From NCBI RefSeq assembly GCF_009914755.1, contig NC_060933.1: 64,000 nt of DNA; one strand, given 5' to 3'. The notes under the pieces were generated by a model. That model did no database searches, was not told the origin of the DNA, and saw only the letters and a list, made by a program, of their open reading frames with translations. This DNA comes from the human T2T-CHM13v2.0 reference genome, Homo sapiens. Both the position numbers and the translations under genes were made by a program. Each line of letters opens with the position of its first letter. The stretch's first letter is position 1. Shown one piece after another: positions 49,618 to 63,779 of this stretch.

Positions 49618-52600
49618 GGGGACATATTCACCTTCTTATGCCTATGACACAGTACACAGCTATGGACACAATAAACAGCGATGGACCAATCAGACCTGAA
49701 AGGATCCTTCCACATCATCCTCTAACTCACACATTTCAAAGATCAGTTTATGGAGTTTCAGAGAGAAGGAACTTGCCTGGGGACCCACAGTTAATTGATG
49801 ATGGGGCCAGGGTTCTGACATCAGAAAAGTGCTCTCTACTCTTTCTCATGTTGCCTTGTGAGCTCACAAATTCAGAGACTCGTTTTTTTCTTCTTGGGCA
49901 AAACTCTGTTAAGCCTATCACAATGATTAAGTGAAGGCAAGGAAGGGTTGCTCATTCTCTGAGCAAATATGTGTGATGTGAACCTGCCTGAGGCAGAAGT
50001 TCTATAGGATGCTGCTGCTGGGCAGCTATGGCTGCATGTAACCACCAGGAAGCCTCTGTCCACACCAAATTGCCTCCCAGTACACCTCTCCTTCTGCGGC
50101 CCCATAAATCACTGCAGAGAGTTTGCCAGACTTAACCAGTGCATGGTTTTTTGTGTTTCTGACAGTCATTCAACTGAGTTATGGGCAATTGAACATGAAC
50201 ATACGCATTTCACACAAATGCTCTGAGACCTCTCAGAGCATTTGTGCAAACTCATCAGAATCTGAGTCTGATACAAAGTCTGTGACCCAAAGAATCTAGA
50301 GAGCTGTTAGAATACCTAATCCCCTCTACATTTTAATCTCCCCCTTTTTAAAAAAAACAGTGGTCTTGTTATTATTTTCTTGTTTAATATTGAATTAACA
50401 CTTTTGACACATATAATAGGAGAGGCTCACAGTGTACAAGAAGCTCTGATTTATTATTGAAGTTCCCACTTTCTAACTAACAAGTGGACACTTGCAAGTA
50501 GTTTAACCTTTCTGATCATCAGTTTTCTCTATGGTTTCTAAGATCTCTTCTAGCGTCAGTGTTTCCTGTATCTAAATCTACTCTATTACGTATTGAAATG
50601 ACTCTTCAGGGAGTGTCTCTGACTAACTTTTTTGATAACTACATATTCCTATTGCTGGCAGTTGTGCCATCTCCCTCAGTTTTGTACAGAAGTGGGTGAA
50701 AGGAAAACACAAGATTGGCATTTGTTCTGTAACAGGAGATTTCATGACATAGAAGAACGAAACAGATGGAGATTTAACTCTTAACACTGCCAGTAGTAAC
50801 ATTCTATGAGGCCGTAGTTTCATTATACAGTACATATCTAATGCGCTTAGCCAAGTGAATTATATTTATTAAATTTAGGTGTTTATGATATCTATATAAT
50901 GCACCTAGTACAATGCCTGGCATACAATAGATGCATACTACATACTAACTGACCATCTCTCTCCTCTTGCTGTTCCTGTTCCTCAGTAGCGACCCTCGGT
51001 GGATGGATGGCAGCTGCCAATCTGGAGCTTCTAGTGATTTTGTCCTGAGCTCCCTTGGGGACCTATCACATTGAGCCAAACTCCTTTGCTTGCAGAGAGC
51101 TAATTGGAAATTATATCTCAGGTAGCTTCCTTGGAAATTCTATGTTTTATAATCAAGGGACGTTCACTCCTGTCATTGTTTAGTAATTATTTCAAGCTGG
51201 ACATTACAAACAGGCAAACTAGAAGGATGGTATTTTGGATGGAAAATATCTAGGATAAGAGATTACCTAGAAATTCCAGATCCATTCAGACCTTTTAATC
51301 CCCAAAAGGCAGGTAATGTGGAGAAACTAGCTGTTTGCATATGTTTTTGTAAGTCCTCCTCACTGAAACAGCCATTAGACATTCTAATGAGAATCGAATC
51401 TTTTGCTCTCTGTGTGTCCAATTTTTTGATACACCTTCTATCCTACCTCAAAGGCGACATTTACCAGAAATTTTGCTTCCAAGAAGCTTTTTCTCCTTTT
51501 TGAAGCAATTTGTATACTGACCAAATACAATGCATTTTATTGCCTTAGCCCTGGGATTTCCTAGTGTAGTGGTGACAGAATTAACTTCCTGTACTACTTG
51601 GGGATCCTTTGCTCAGTAACAGGCCCACAAGCACTAAGATGCCTCAACTCTCACGTTGCATTTAAATAATCTCTTCTTGTTCACAGAATCTGGGGAGGCA
51701 AGTGGTGTATGGGAAATTCTCCATCCTCAAATTCATGCAAACACTTCTGGCAAGTGACAATCTTTTCCACAAATTATTCATTTACCTGGTAAATTCAACT
51801 AGCTGCCTAACACATGGACCAAGCTCAGCACCTGGCAGTGTTATTTTGGCCTTTGCAGGGTCCTGCCTCAGCATATGGATGTGACTATTTCACCAAAAAT
51901 TGATTTTTATCTTTGGTTGTTACAAGCTTTTCAGGCAATTTCCTAAGGCAATATTTAACGGAGATAAGGTTATTGCCAAATAGATTGGGACAGGAAGTTC
52001 CAATCTATTTGATAATATCCTTCTCTCAGTTAAATAGTTGGGAAATGTACATTTCTTGCCAAAATGCTTTCCGGGAGAAATGTTTAAACCAAAATTTACT
52101 TTTTTTCCCTCTTTCCCTACCTCCTCATTCCTACAGATTTCTTGGAAGATGGAAAGAAAATTTTACAATATGCTAATGTATTTGTCCCTTTGTTATATTT
52201 GAAAAAAAAAAAAAACAGACTTCAGTCCCTCCAGATGTTAACTTATTGGCTTATTTTAAAATTATGACCAAGGAATTTCTTTTATTTTTATAGACTTATT
52301 TAAAATATCCTGTTGTTTATGCTTATTAAGTGCTGTACATCAAAGATAAAATTTATATATTCATATTTGACTCGTTTGATGACCTCAAAACATTTATTAA
52401 GTAGACCCTTCAGAAATCCAGTTATTTCCTTTGATGAGGGAAGGACAGTCCTCTTTCCCAGGCAGAGCCTGAGGCCAGGAAAATGGCATGTGAAAGCCCT
52501 TCTTCTGCAGCTGCCTCTGGCTCTAAATCAGCAATTCATGCCCACCTCTCTCCTCCAAAAACACTATGGCTTGGCAACTTAGGAAAATGCAAAATAGCTA

Positions 52601-52678
52601 CATAGATTTCGTCCATTTTTATCAATAAATATCAAATTTCAATGAAATAATTCTAGTTTTAAATATATACACATATCT

Positions 52679-52981
52679 GGCTGGGCGTCGTGGCTCATGC
52701 CTGTAATCCCAACACTAGGAGGCCAAAGTGGGCAGATCACTTGAGGCCAGGAGTTCGCGACCAGCATGCCCAATATGGTAAAACTCCATTTCTACTAAAA
52801 ATACAAAAATCAGCTGGGCATGGTGGTGGGCACCTGTAATCCCAGATACTTGGGAGGCTGAGGCAGGAGAATGGCTTCAACCCAGGACGTGGAGGTTACA
52901 GTGAGCCGAGATCATGCCATTCCACTCCAGCCTGGGTGACAGAGGGAGACTCCATCTAAAAAACAAAAAACAAAAAACAAA
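52679..52981 (+). mobile_element. AluS (Sx/Sz-like)
   Basis: Alu dimer with a patterned A-tail. Confidence 0.95.
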
Positions 52982-52984
52982 CCT

Positions 52985-53155
52985 AATATATATATAAATA
53001 TAAAATATATAATTATATGTATGTATATATGTAATATATAACATATAAATACATATATAATGTAATATATATTTTATATAAACATATACATATACGTGTA
53101 TATAAACAAACATGTATATACACACACACACATATCTACATATGCATGCACACAT
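52985..53155. repeat. (TA)/(CA)-rich compound microsatellite
   Basis: Seen directly. Confidence 0.9.
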
Positions 53156-53157
53156 GC

Positions 53158-53560
53158 TTCTTAGGTTAGGTTTCCCCAGAAGTATACCCTAAGACATAGA
53201 TTCGGGGTGAATATTTCATTTAGTTGGTGATCCCAGGAAGTACTGGTATAAAGTAAATACACAGCATGTTAATAAGCAGGCTAATGTTGGAACAACTACA
53301 GCTCAGTACTGTTAGGGTGGATATTGTAGTTTGAGTTGTCCCAATAGAGGAATGGAGAAGGCAGGGTATTGATCCACTAGCTCTTAACTGCCAATGATTG
53401 AAGGTCCATCCTCTGGGGGGGTATAAATGCTTAGCACTCCCAGCTTGCCCTGTGTCTGCCTAGCATGTTCTGTTAAGCAGAGAGTTGCACGTGCTACAAT
53501 AAAATACTACCCTGGAATGGTGGATGCCAAGTGGCCACACCTGGACACTAACACCTACTA
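53158..53560 (-). mobile_element. ERVL solo LTR (LTR16-like)
   Basis: ttaggttaggtttccccagaag..accctaagaca..ggtgatcccaggaag. Confidence 0.55.
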
Positions 53561-56500
53561 CATATGCCATCTAGCGCTTTCATAAAAGGAAGTTGAAGTG
53601 GGAATGAGGAGTAGCTGTGAGTTGTGAAGTCAGATAAATGCTTCAATAAGATGGACAGGATTTCTCTCTTCTTTTAATTCTAATTGCACAATCATTTACA
53701 CAGTGCTATAGGAATTAAAATCACTTTTTAATTCAGCTAAAATGAGAAACACTTTCCTTTGTGGCTATTCTTGTTCTTTTCTACCTTTCCTATTTTTTCC
53801 TACCCCTTAATTACTAGCACCACGTCCTGTGCATAATAGGTACACAGTAATGTTTTTCTACAGCTCTTATTTCTTAATGCCAACCTTCCAACTTCCAAAT
53901 GCAGCCTGCCCTTTCAGGCTCCAGCCTTCCTTTGCCTCTCAGTATTTTACAGAATCTGGTGTAACTTCTAATTTCATACATTAGGTTTTAATGATTCCAA
54001 CAGGTGGCCTGCCTTGGCCAATGTAAATAAGCAACTGTCCTGTTTTCCAATCCCCTTTCAACTCCAGCTTGTCACTTCTGGTTCTTATTTGTTTAATTGC
54101 AGCAAGTTTTCTACCCTGTAAATTTTAATAAACTCCCATCAGTCCTCTCTGGTCCTAAGCATTCAGTTATGCCTTGAGTCTGAGGAGGACTGGAATGCAA
54201 CTCCATCCCCCATCCCGGGACTTTTTTCCTTTGCTCAGGGGACCAGCTTTGGGCCAGTATTGCCAGCTCCGTCCTCAACACTGACAAGCCTTCTGACTTG
54301 AGTAGAGATAACAGCTTAAATGTAAAGGGTCTGTTTGCTACCAAGGAGAGGATTTTTGTTTTCTCAAGCACTAAGAAATGAAGCAGCCTCTCACTCTAAG
54401 AGAAAAAAAATCATCTTATTGTCACCTCATCTATGAAGCCAGACAAAGGTATAATTCTTCTGCAGATCTCTAAATTCCTTCTTGATTTAAAACTTAGATC
54501 TTTAGATTTTTTTTCTCCTACAGTACTTTATAGTCAGCCTTCAGTCTGTGGCAAATAGAGTGAAAAACTGAAATAGGAGGCTGCAATCCCAAATCCACAA
54601 TTTAAAATTTGCCCCAACCCATTGTTTGGCTGGAGGCTGAATCAGTGACATCACAGCAAACAACCAACCAACCAACACCTAAAACAACTTACTGCTTTAG
54701 GGACGGGGACTATCTTTTATGTTGTCACAGCCATTCCTGGTAAAAGCTCAGCCAGAGATGAGAATACTTATATTAATAAATGGTATAGGAGAGAGAGTCC
54801 TAAAAAGTCAGTAGACTGACATGCCCTTGTAGGTCCTCAACCCTTATTGAAAGACCAAACGATGTGTGTAAAGAGTCTTTCTAATTTTAGGACTAATTAG
54901 TCATGTAAATATGGACAAAGGGGTGTGTCTGCCTGTGTCCTGGACTGTACAATAGGGACGTATATGCCCTTTTCACCTAACAAGAGCTTGGAGAGGATAA
55001 AATAATACAACAGAGGGAAAGATCTATTTTGTAATCACAAAAGTGACAATTATTGACTTGGATTCTTAAGGAGGGAAGTAGGTTGTAAGGTCATTGATTA
55101 TTTCAGCTATAGCAATATTTAATTTCTTTCTGAGTCTTGGAACCATATAGAATTTTAATTTTTTTCTATAAGACATGGAAGATCTGATTCCTTTTAGCTT
55201 CTAACCCTGCCCTGAATTCCCAGCCTGTTGTTCTCAGCCAAGACTAGCAGAATGTTAGGACCCTGCTTTGGCAGGATTGAGATGTAGACTTTGCTCCTCA
55301 GTGACCAAATGCTTAAGACCAGTTTATAGCTATAAAACCTACCATGCTATTAAACATATTCTGAAATGGAAAATGCTTTTTCCCCATTAAAATATTTATT
55401 TTGTACATTGCTAGTACCACAGTTGCCCCAAACCATTGCTGTAAGGTGTTTATTTGTCCCTTATGAAACTGGAGGTACATTTGGGTTACTTCCAGAGTAT
55501 AATGAGAAGAACTCCTGTCCTAGAACCATACTCTGGCTTCTGCTTTTCCTTTGTCATAGCTAAGTCCACTCTACTGAACTAGAACACTGTGCGTGAATGC
55601 GTTAAGTGCCTACCATCTGCTTTATGCTCTGTAGGGCTCTGGGGAGGGTAAGATGGGTTATTGTGGATGTGTTCCTGATAAACAGACATGAATACTTCTC
55701 CCTTGGCAGCCTGAGACATCTGCCGAATTTGGGAGCATGACTATCCTTGTTCAGCATAGCCACGGGCTCAGTTTACTTTCTGTCACTATGCTATTGTTTC
55801 TTCTGTCCCTTGGTAAGGCCTGGGGAGATGAGCATCCCTTCCTCTGATGTAGAGCCAGTGGCCCCCAGTACCAGTGAGGGCTTCTTCATCTTTATTGTGC
55901 GTGGACTCATTTGGAAATCTGATGAAACCAAATAACTCTTCTTAGAGTAGTATTTTAAATGCATAAGAAAATACATAGAGTTATGACAAAAAACAATTAT
56001 ATTAAAATTTTATGATGAAAAACTCTAAAAATCCCTATGGGTGAGGAATCCTTCTTTTTTGATAAAGAACAATGGTGCTACACAGAAAGAGATTAAGTAT
56101 TTATATGGGTCTTTACAGCACTTTTCCTTGAAGTGCTTACAGAGTTTTATTAGAAACATTTGAACAGTGATAACGTCTCCTCAATATACACACAAAAACC
56201 CAGTCAGTTCAAAAGCTGCTACGGTGGAGGGCCTCACCTCTAGCTTTCTCCCGGCTGTGGCTCTTGCCAATGGAGTGGACCAAGACTATCCCAATTCTCA
56301 AGTACCTGACCATTAGGGAGAGTCCCAGGGGTGTAAGGTGGTGTCGCTATTAATAGTGTTAATATAAGAGCTTGGAATGAGAAATGCCAGAGGTTTCATA
56401 TAAGACTAGGTCATATGTAGCAAGCTTGGAGAGGATGGAACAGACAGACAAAGCCAAAAGTAGTCCCAAGAAGTGAAGTATGGATGTACAGCAATGGTGG

Positions 56501-56969
56501 GTGAAAAAAGCAGTGGAATCCCAGATTGGGTTAATTTCTAATTTTGCCAACTATGTCATAGCATAGTTCTGCTGTAATTTAAAGTGTCTAAGCCAAGAGA
56601 GAATTAAGTGAAATTTTAAAGGTAATAGTAGCAATATTTGGTAGTGTAGTATAAAAAACACATATTTTATGTTTTCTGCAGGTTAATAAAAATTCCCATT
56701 TTTGCAAACAAATTCTAGTCATAAAAAACAAACTTGGAAATGTCCTGTAAATTTTGTTGGCCAGTTAGGATTGTGTATTTATTTCTAGTTTCTTACTGAC
56801 TACTTTAAAAAAATTGAGGCAACAGATAAGTCATCCTCATCCACATAACTGCTTAAGAGAGGCATTAATTCTGTGCTATGAGCCCCTAACTTCCCTCATT
56901 AAACTAGTCTGTCCTGAGCAACAGAGGCACCTAGTGGTTGTTACAGGAAACTCTCTAATGCTGTTTCTT

Positions 56970-57162
56970 TAGTGCTTCTCAATCTGCAGCCTGCAGGATC
57001 TTCAAGAGCGCTAGTTAAAACACAAATTGCTGGACACCACTCCCAGAGTTTCTGATTCAGTAGATCTAGGATGGGGCTCAGTAATATGCATTTCTAACAT
57101 GTTCCCAGGAAATTTAGGAAAGCAATGCCGCTAGTCTGGGAGCCACACTTTGAGAATCTCTG
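56970..57162. mobile_element. MER5 (hAT-Charlie) MITE
   Basis: Termini tagtgcttctcaa / ttgagaatctctg; ccagagtttctgattcagtagatct core. Confidence 0.85.
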
Positions 57163-58897
57163 CTTTACCATAATGGTCGTTCTTCTAAGGAACGTATGTA
57201 AAGGTTGTATGCCATGATTTTCAACACTTTTGCTGACCACAGGTCAGCTCATTTCACACTTTAGACCATTTTTTTTCATATGGACCCACAGCTTCTTATG
57301 TAACTACATATTTGTACCATGTCTTGTCTAGCATTTACCTAAGACATCAAGAAAAAAGATTTTTTTTTGTTTTTCCTTTCTTTTCATTTTCTTTTTCTTC
57401 TTTTTGTAATTGAGATTAAAAAAGGAAAAAGAAGAACCTGACATGGTCTGATAAACATGACTGGTTAACACATCTGATTAAATAAATAACACCACAAGCT
57501 TTGAAATTTGCCAGTTGCCATTATATACTGAAGCCTTAGAAAGTGTCCAATTATTCTTATCTCCACTAAAGTTTCCACTTGCTTCCACATCTTCCTCTAA
57601 TTAAAACGTGTTTTCATCAATAAATAATATGCAGAGTAGAAAATGTTATTGTATTATTTTTGTTGTTATTATCTATTTTGTTGAAAGCAAGCATAGAATC
57701 TCATAAACACATTATGTGTTAAGGAGATTTTGAGAAGCCATAAACATAATTTATATTCTTATTTCTCTGTGGAACAGGCTCTAACTTCTAAAATACATCA
57801 ACTTATAAGTGACCTTTGGAAACTATCCATTTATAAGTTTATAAATGCTCACACAAGGCTTTGGCGATTCAGTTGCCTTGTGTTACCTATAGGAATCATA
57901 AAAGAGAATTAATAAAAAAAACAGCAGAGAAGCAGGTCTGTGGTGCTTAAGACTGTTACTCACAACCAAATGGGAGAATGTGGCTTACCCTATAACCATC
58001 AGAATTGTCATGGTGGTATTTTTAAAGTCCTTATCTTTTTATTCAACGTTAGGAGCATTTTGAAAATAAAACTACACAAACAACTGTTCCTCCTAGTTTT
58101 ATCTTTTCAAAAAAAAACCCAAAAACCAAAAAGCTTCATGAGACATTGATGCATGTGCAGCTTCCTCAGAGCCAGTGTGCAATCCATCCGTCACTTCCCC
58201 CCAGCAATTATGTCTCAGACTCTAAAACAGGAAGCTCGAGTATCCACTCTCGATGGAGATGAAAGATGTGTGGAGAATGCCCTGACGCCACCTTTTCAGT
58301 GTCTCCACAGCTAGAATGACTTTATAGGCCAAGTGAAAAACTACTGAGGACTAATTTGTCAACAAAGACTTTCTTTGAAGTTAGGCAGACAAGTGGATTC
58401 AAAACAATTGTATGTGTGAGTAACATTGGGCATGCTTTTTTTTTTTTTTCTCCTGGAAACAGCCAGGACTTTTGACACAGCAGAGCTACAAGTGTGGAAC
58501 ATTGATTTAGTAGGACCTTTGTGACTGACAGTCTCTTAGATCTCTCAACCTCTGGAAAATAAGGAAAGCTTATAAGGTAAACTGAGGTGTTGATGCTTCC
58601 TACGTCTTTTTCAAGGTTTCTTCTGTGAGGAAAGATGGAGCCATAATTCTCCTCTCCATTCAACCCTGAGACCCAGCTTCTGCAGCCCTAGCTGGGATAA
58701 GGTATTGGTTTATGGAAAATGGATATTTAAGATCATAAAGGTATTGCTGACACCCATTTACCCAAAGACACAAGCCCTGGAAGGAAACATGGGAGTTAAT
58801 ACCCTGTTATGTCTCCATGGGTCTTGGGATTCTGGCTCCAACAATGTTGGGATGTTTGTCTCTTACTGAGAGTGAAATTCTTTGGAGATAAGGTTAT

Positions 58898-59653
58898 GTG
58901 ACTGAGACTCAAGAATCTGGTGCTGAGCTGCACCAGATTGCTCTGGCCAAGAGTGTTCTCTTCATATGCTCCTGTAAGGTAACTAAATCCTTATCTCCTA
59001 GGAGCAGCTGCTGTGTTGCATATAACCGAGGATACCAATCATGCTGTAATCAATATAATTCAAATTTAAATTATCCAGCATTATTCCTGCTTGCAATTCA
59101 CAACCAAACTCATCAGTGGCAAAGATTTCATCATCTTATCAGAAAAACTCTCTTCGAATGTATTAGACTCATTATACTTGTGTACTTAATTCCCACCAAG
59201 ACCCAAGTGGAATTATCTTCAAATCAGCTTGTTTATGATAAGCAGTCCAAAATGACCTCAAAAATCGTGGACAAGCCTGAAAACCTGAGAAGGATGACAG
59301 TCTTCTACCAGGAGCAAGGGATTTTCCAGGTTGGGTCCCCTTTTTGTCTTCTTCCTTCTTTGCCTTCAGGGCAGGATTTCTACCAACTCTTGGTATTCTT
59401 TGGTTCCAGAGCCCTCCCTTTGCAAAGCAGCTCCGATATCCTTACACTGGGGAGAGTCCAGAGAGTCCAGGCCTGCAGTGCAGAATACCAGTGCCTCTCT
59501 GTGTCCGGAAGGCAGCACGTCTGTATTTATCATGGTCGGAATAATATCAGCATATGCAAAAAACAACTGCTGCCTTCAGGTCTCCAGCACACAAAAACAA
59601 AAATAAGTCCAACAAACCTAATATATTTTCCAGTGCGTGTCCCAGAAGGTTGA
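58898..59653 (+). other. Unexplained 251-codon open frame (133 aa from the first ATG at 59252)
   Basis: ORF track; no homology recognised. Confidence 0.2.
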
Positions 59654-60713
59654 AAAAACTCCTTAAATTGCTTTTCTTTCCATTTTTATGGCCCTGGAAG
59701 GGGGGAATATCTATCAGATTTAATATATGCATTTTAGTTTGTGACACTTTCAGATTCAGCCATATCTGTAATGAAAACAGAGCAACCTTTAAAATTAAAA
59801 AAAAAAAAAAAAGTCCTTTCTACCAGAGACATGGCCTGAATCAGGGCCAAAGATTTCAAGCTGGTGAACCAGCAAAGGAGTCAGATAAATCAGAATGAGT
59901 GTAACAGATCTGATCTATTTCAGCTCAGATTAACCTCTTTACTATGTCTTCAATGGCCAAAAAGCCTGGGTCACAGGAGTAAAAATGTCTAATAAAGCAG
60001 AACCCTGGGGAAAAAAACTAAAAGAAGTGAATCGCATAAAGAAAAGTGAGACGTGTGACCATGGCAAAACATGACTGGCTATGGTGAGGATTGAGAAAGG
60101 GGAGGGAAACATTCTTTACCATGCCAGTCCAAGAGGCAGATTTATTTCACTTGTATATAATAATTCTAGATCCCAGTGACAATTTACATTACTTGACAAC
60201 AGCTGCTTATAGGTCAGGTAACAATAGCACTGAATAATCTCATAATGAACAACTGTGGATTTCACATTGGTGTTAATTGCATTTCATGCTCTTTGAAAGC
60301 CTCAAACAGGCAGTGTGAAAAACACAACCAGGTTCTTCTTTGCTTATTTTTTTTCCCCCGGGAGAAAGCCTTTCCAAATCCTCAAAAGGAAGGTGGAGGG
60401 TGAGAAGATGATCATGCGTCATGGACCAAGAAGGCCTTTCTGGGCCAAAGTTTGTGGATGTTTTCTAAGAATGAAGGGTACCCATTTAAGCTAAAAGGAG
60501 TGGGAGGAAATGGTAAACCAGTCCATTCTTGGGGGCTGACCAGGACTGAACAAGATTTTGTACAGGATGAGCAGGGAAATTAACACACAGGGTTTACCCA
60601 CTCTGTGTCAGTCGTGTGTTTGGTTTAATTCTGCAACTTAAGTGTTACAGTGACTGGAACAGCCCAGATCAAATTCCAGTCCTGTAGGCTTTGGCTGGAT
60701 GAGTGTGCTAGAT

Positions 60714-60878
60714 CAGTGTTTCTCATACTTTAAAGTGCATATGAATTACCTAAGATGTTGCCAGAATGCAGATGCTGGTTCAGCAAGTCTGGGGTGGAGC
60801 CCAAGATTCTGCATTTCCAAGGAGCATCCAGGTGATGCTGAATGCTATCAGTTTTTGGACCACATTTCCAGAACTGGG
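60714..60878. mobile_element. MER5 (hAT-Charlie) MITE
   Basis: cagtgtttctca start; ttcagcaagtctggggtggagcccaagattctgcatttc core. Confidence 0.8.
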
Positions 60879-61797
60879 CTATAAACTCAGGCCTTTCAAC
60901 AGTTCTAAGTGTTTCTGATTCTGAGCACCATTAAAATTGTAGACTCTCTGGGACAGGAGATGTTACACCAGATGGCCTCCTGTAATGCTGAATGCTTCAA
61001 TGCAAAGTTAAGTTGGGCCAGTTTCCGATTCCTTTTCCTCATAATTCATTAGGGTTACTCCAAAAAATTTATTGTGCTGTGACCACTAGCTTTGTTTACA
61101 TTTTCCCAATAGATATTCTCTAACTTACCTGTGGACACTCTAGAGACAGTTATGACAAGGCTTTGGGTATGTGTCAAAGTCTGTGACCCTTCCTCAGCTC
61201 TGATATTCACTAGCATTTATCAGAGACACGAAAATATAAACTTCAAGCACCCACACACTTTTCCCTTTGAAGACTCCATTTTCATTTAAATATTTATTGA
61301 GAAGGAAAACAGTATTGGCAAACAGGACCAGGCTAAGAATGGCAACTTTTCATTACAGTGTGAGATTTAGCATAGTATATTCTCACTATATATAACTCCT
61401 TGGTTTTGTGATAAGATCAAGAAGCTTTACATGAATTTTGTTATAAATCAATACAAAATGTTAACACATGTATATAATTTTTAATTTTATTATATACATA
61501 TGAATTTTTCTTATGAAAAGCGTGAATTTTTAGGAAAGATACTTTTAATGAACTTTGATGATATTTTTCCTCAAAACTATGCAAATTCTGTTGCATTGGA
61601 GATGTCTGTAGGACATCAAAGAGCTGGTCTCCACAGAGGAGGTGAAAATTCAAGACTTTGACACATACCCAAAGCCTCTCAGCAGAAGTTTGAGGACTTT
61701 CCACTATAGTGATATTTGGAGTTGTAGGATGGAAGAGAAAATTCAGTGGAATATTGGGGAATGTCTCCTTCTGCCTAAAATCTCCTCTGCTAGCAAC

Positions 61798-61908
61798 AAA
61801 TACCCCATTTACATGATGTGATTATCATGCATTGCATGCCTATATCAAAATACCTTATGTAGCCCATAAATATATACAACTATGTACCCACAAAAATTAA
61901 AAATAAAA
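61798..61908 (+). mobile_element. L1MA 3' tip
   Basis: atgtgattat..cattgcatgcc..cccataaatatataca..tatgtacccacaaaaattaaaaataaaa; TSD-like aaaat..ctcctct on both sides. Confidence 0.8.
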
Positions 61909-62023
61909 TATCCTCCTCTAGTCCAGCTGAGATGTTCTTTATTTTATAAATCTCCCACTCCTAAGCAAAACACTGAGCAAGATAATTAAAGTTGAAAGGG
62001 ACTTTAAAGTCATTTAATATAAC

Positions 62024-62155
62024 TAGAGTGACTATATGATTTATCTTCCAAACTGGGACATTTTTGATAGCGAAATGGGGTAGAACTAATAATTATGCTA
62101 GGGAAACATGTAAACTAGAACTGTCCTGGGAAAACTGAGATGCGTGGACACCCTA
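62024..62155. mobile_element. hAT-Blackjack MITE (MER81/MER94-like)
   Basis: TIR-like ends tagagtgac / gacacccta; 8-bp TSD aatataac/aatataat. Confidence 0.8.
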
Positions 62156-62200
62156 AATATAATCCAGCCTTTCAATGAGGTTAAAAATTCACCCAATCTC

Positions 62201-62498
<298 letters not shown>

Positions 62499-63779
62499 TC
62501 ACCTGATCTCATCTCAGTTGGTCATCTGAACTCTTCACTACAATACCTGAGTAGGGGTACCCATGCCTGCACAAAGGAATTTATTCCATTGTTAGGTAAA
62601 TTTAGATTATTTTAGTTGTGAGAATGTTCTTTCTGCCATTGCCATGGTATTTGCAAAACATTCCCTTAACTTCATGCTGCCACTTTGGACAACCCAGTAC
62701 AAGTGGGCTCCCTCTTGTTGGTGTTACTGCTGAAAGGACTGAGTGATTTTCTCTGTTAGGCTGAGTTCCTCAAAGCTACTTGCCTGTGTCTCCCACTCTG
62801 TGTCTCTCCCCACTAGTGAATGATTGACTCAACTGATAGACGAGTCCCTCTACAAACAATCTGAGTCTTACGAAATGTCCTAATTAGGACTATTGGAAGA
62901 CATCTAGTCCAACCTCTAATCCAGTGTTCTCATCCAAAGGAAATCAGAATTTTCTCTAAGACACCCCTTCCAAGCTGTTGTCTATTCTGTCTTTAAACAT
63001 TTCCAATCAATGGGAAATTTACTGCTTTCAGAGGTAGACTATTCCATCTTTGCCCAACTCATGACTGAAGAATGTCCTGCCAAAGTGCTTCAAAGTTTCA
63101 TGATACACTCTATGGGAAATTTTGTGATAGGAATTTTGATCTTAGGATTTTGGAGTCAGTCATAAGAGGAAATCCACGTTTAGGAAATATACATACATTT
63201 AGAGTGAATCATTATTGCTTTAATTTATTCAAAAATATTTGTTGACCATGCATTACTTTTCAGAGATTAACCAGGTATGCTGCTGAGTCCCAAGAAAATT
63301 GTCATCAAGCGAGAGATGATAAAATTATATGATAGCCCTTATAACATTTTATTTTTATTCACTTATAAAACTTACATAGGCATAAAAAAAGGGAGACCAA
63401 TTCAATGTTGGCAGGACAGGAGAGACTCCTCAAAGGAAGTAGTAGATGAATAGATGAACAGTATTTCTCTAGACAAAGAAGATGGAGAAAGCCACCCAAC
63501 AGAGAGTACAAGATGTGCAGATATAAGCGTCTCAAATTAGATGACCCAACAGTTCTCAGAATTGATTCCACTATTGATTTTCAGATTAAGTGACTGGGCT
63601 ATTTTTATATTCAAGAATGAGATTCTTAAATTTGTTAACACTGTATCTTACAGTGTGAATGAAGCTGACTTGGCGATTCTTAAAGTCTTCCATGAATGTA
63701 TTCTTGGAAGTCTTTGTTCTCGTACTTGAAGTATAAGGGATATGGACTAGGTAATCTCAAGATTCTGTTATAACTGGAA

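Noticed and set aside
59547-59747. LLGHA motif resembling a GIMAP-family segment
   Set aside because: The similarity is only five residues, the flanks do not match, and a stop follows.
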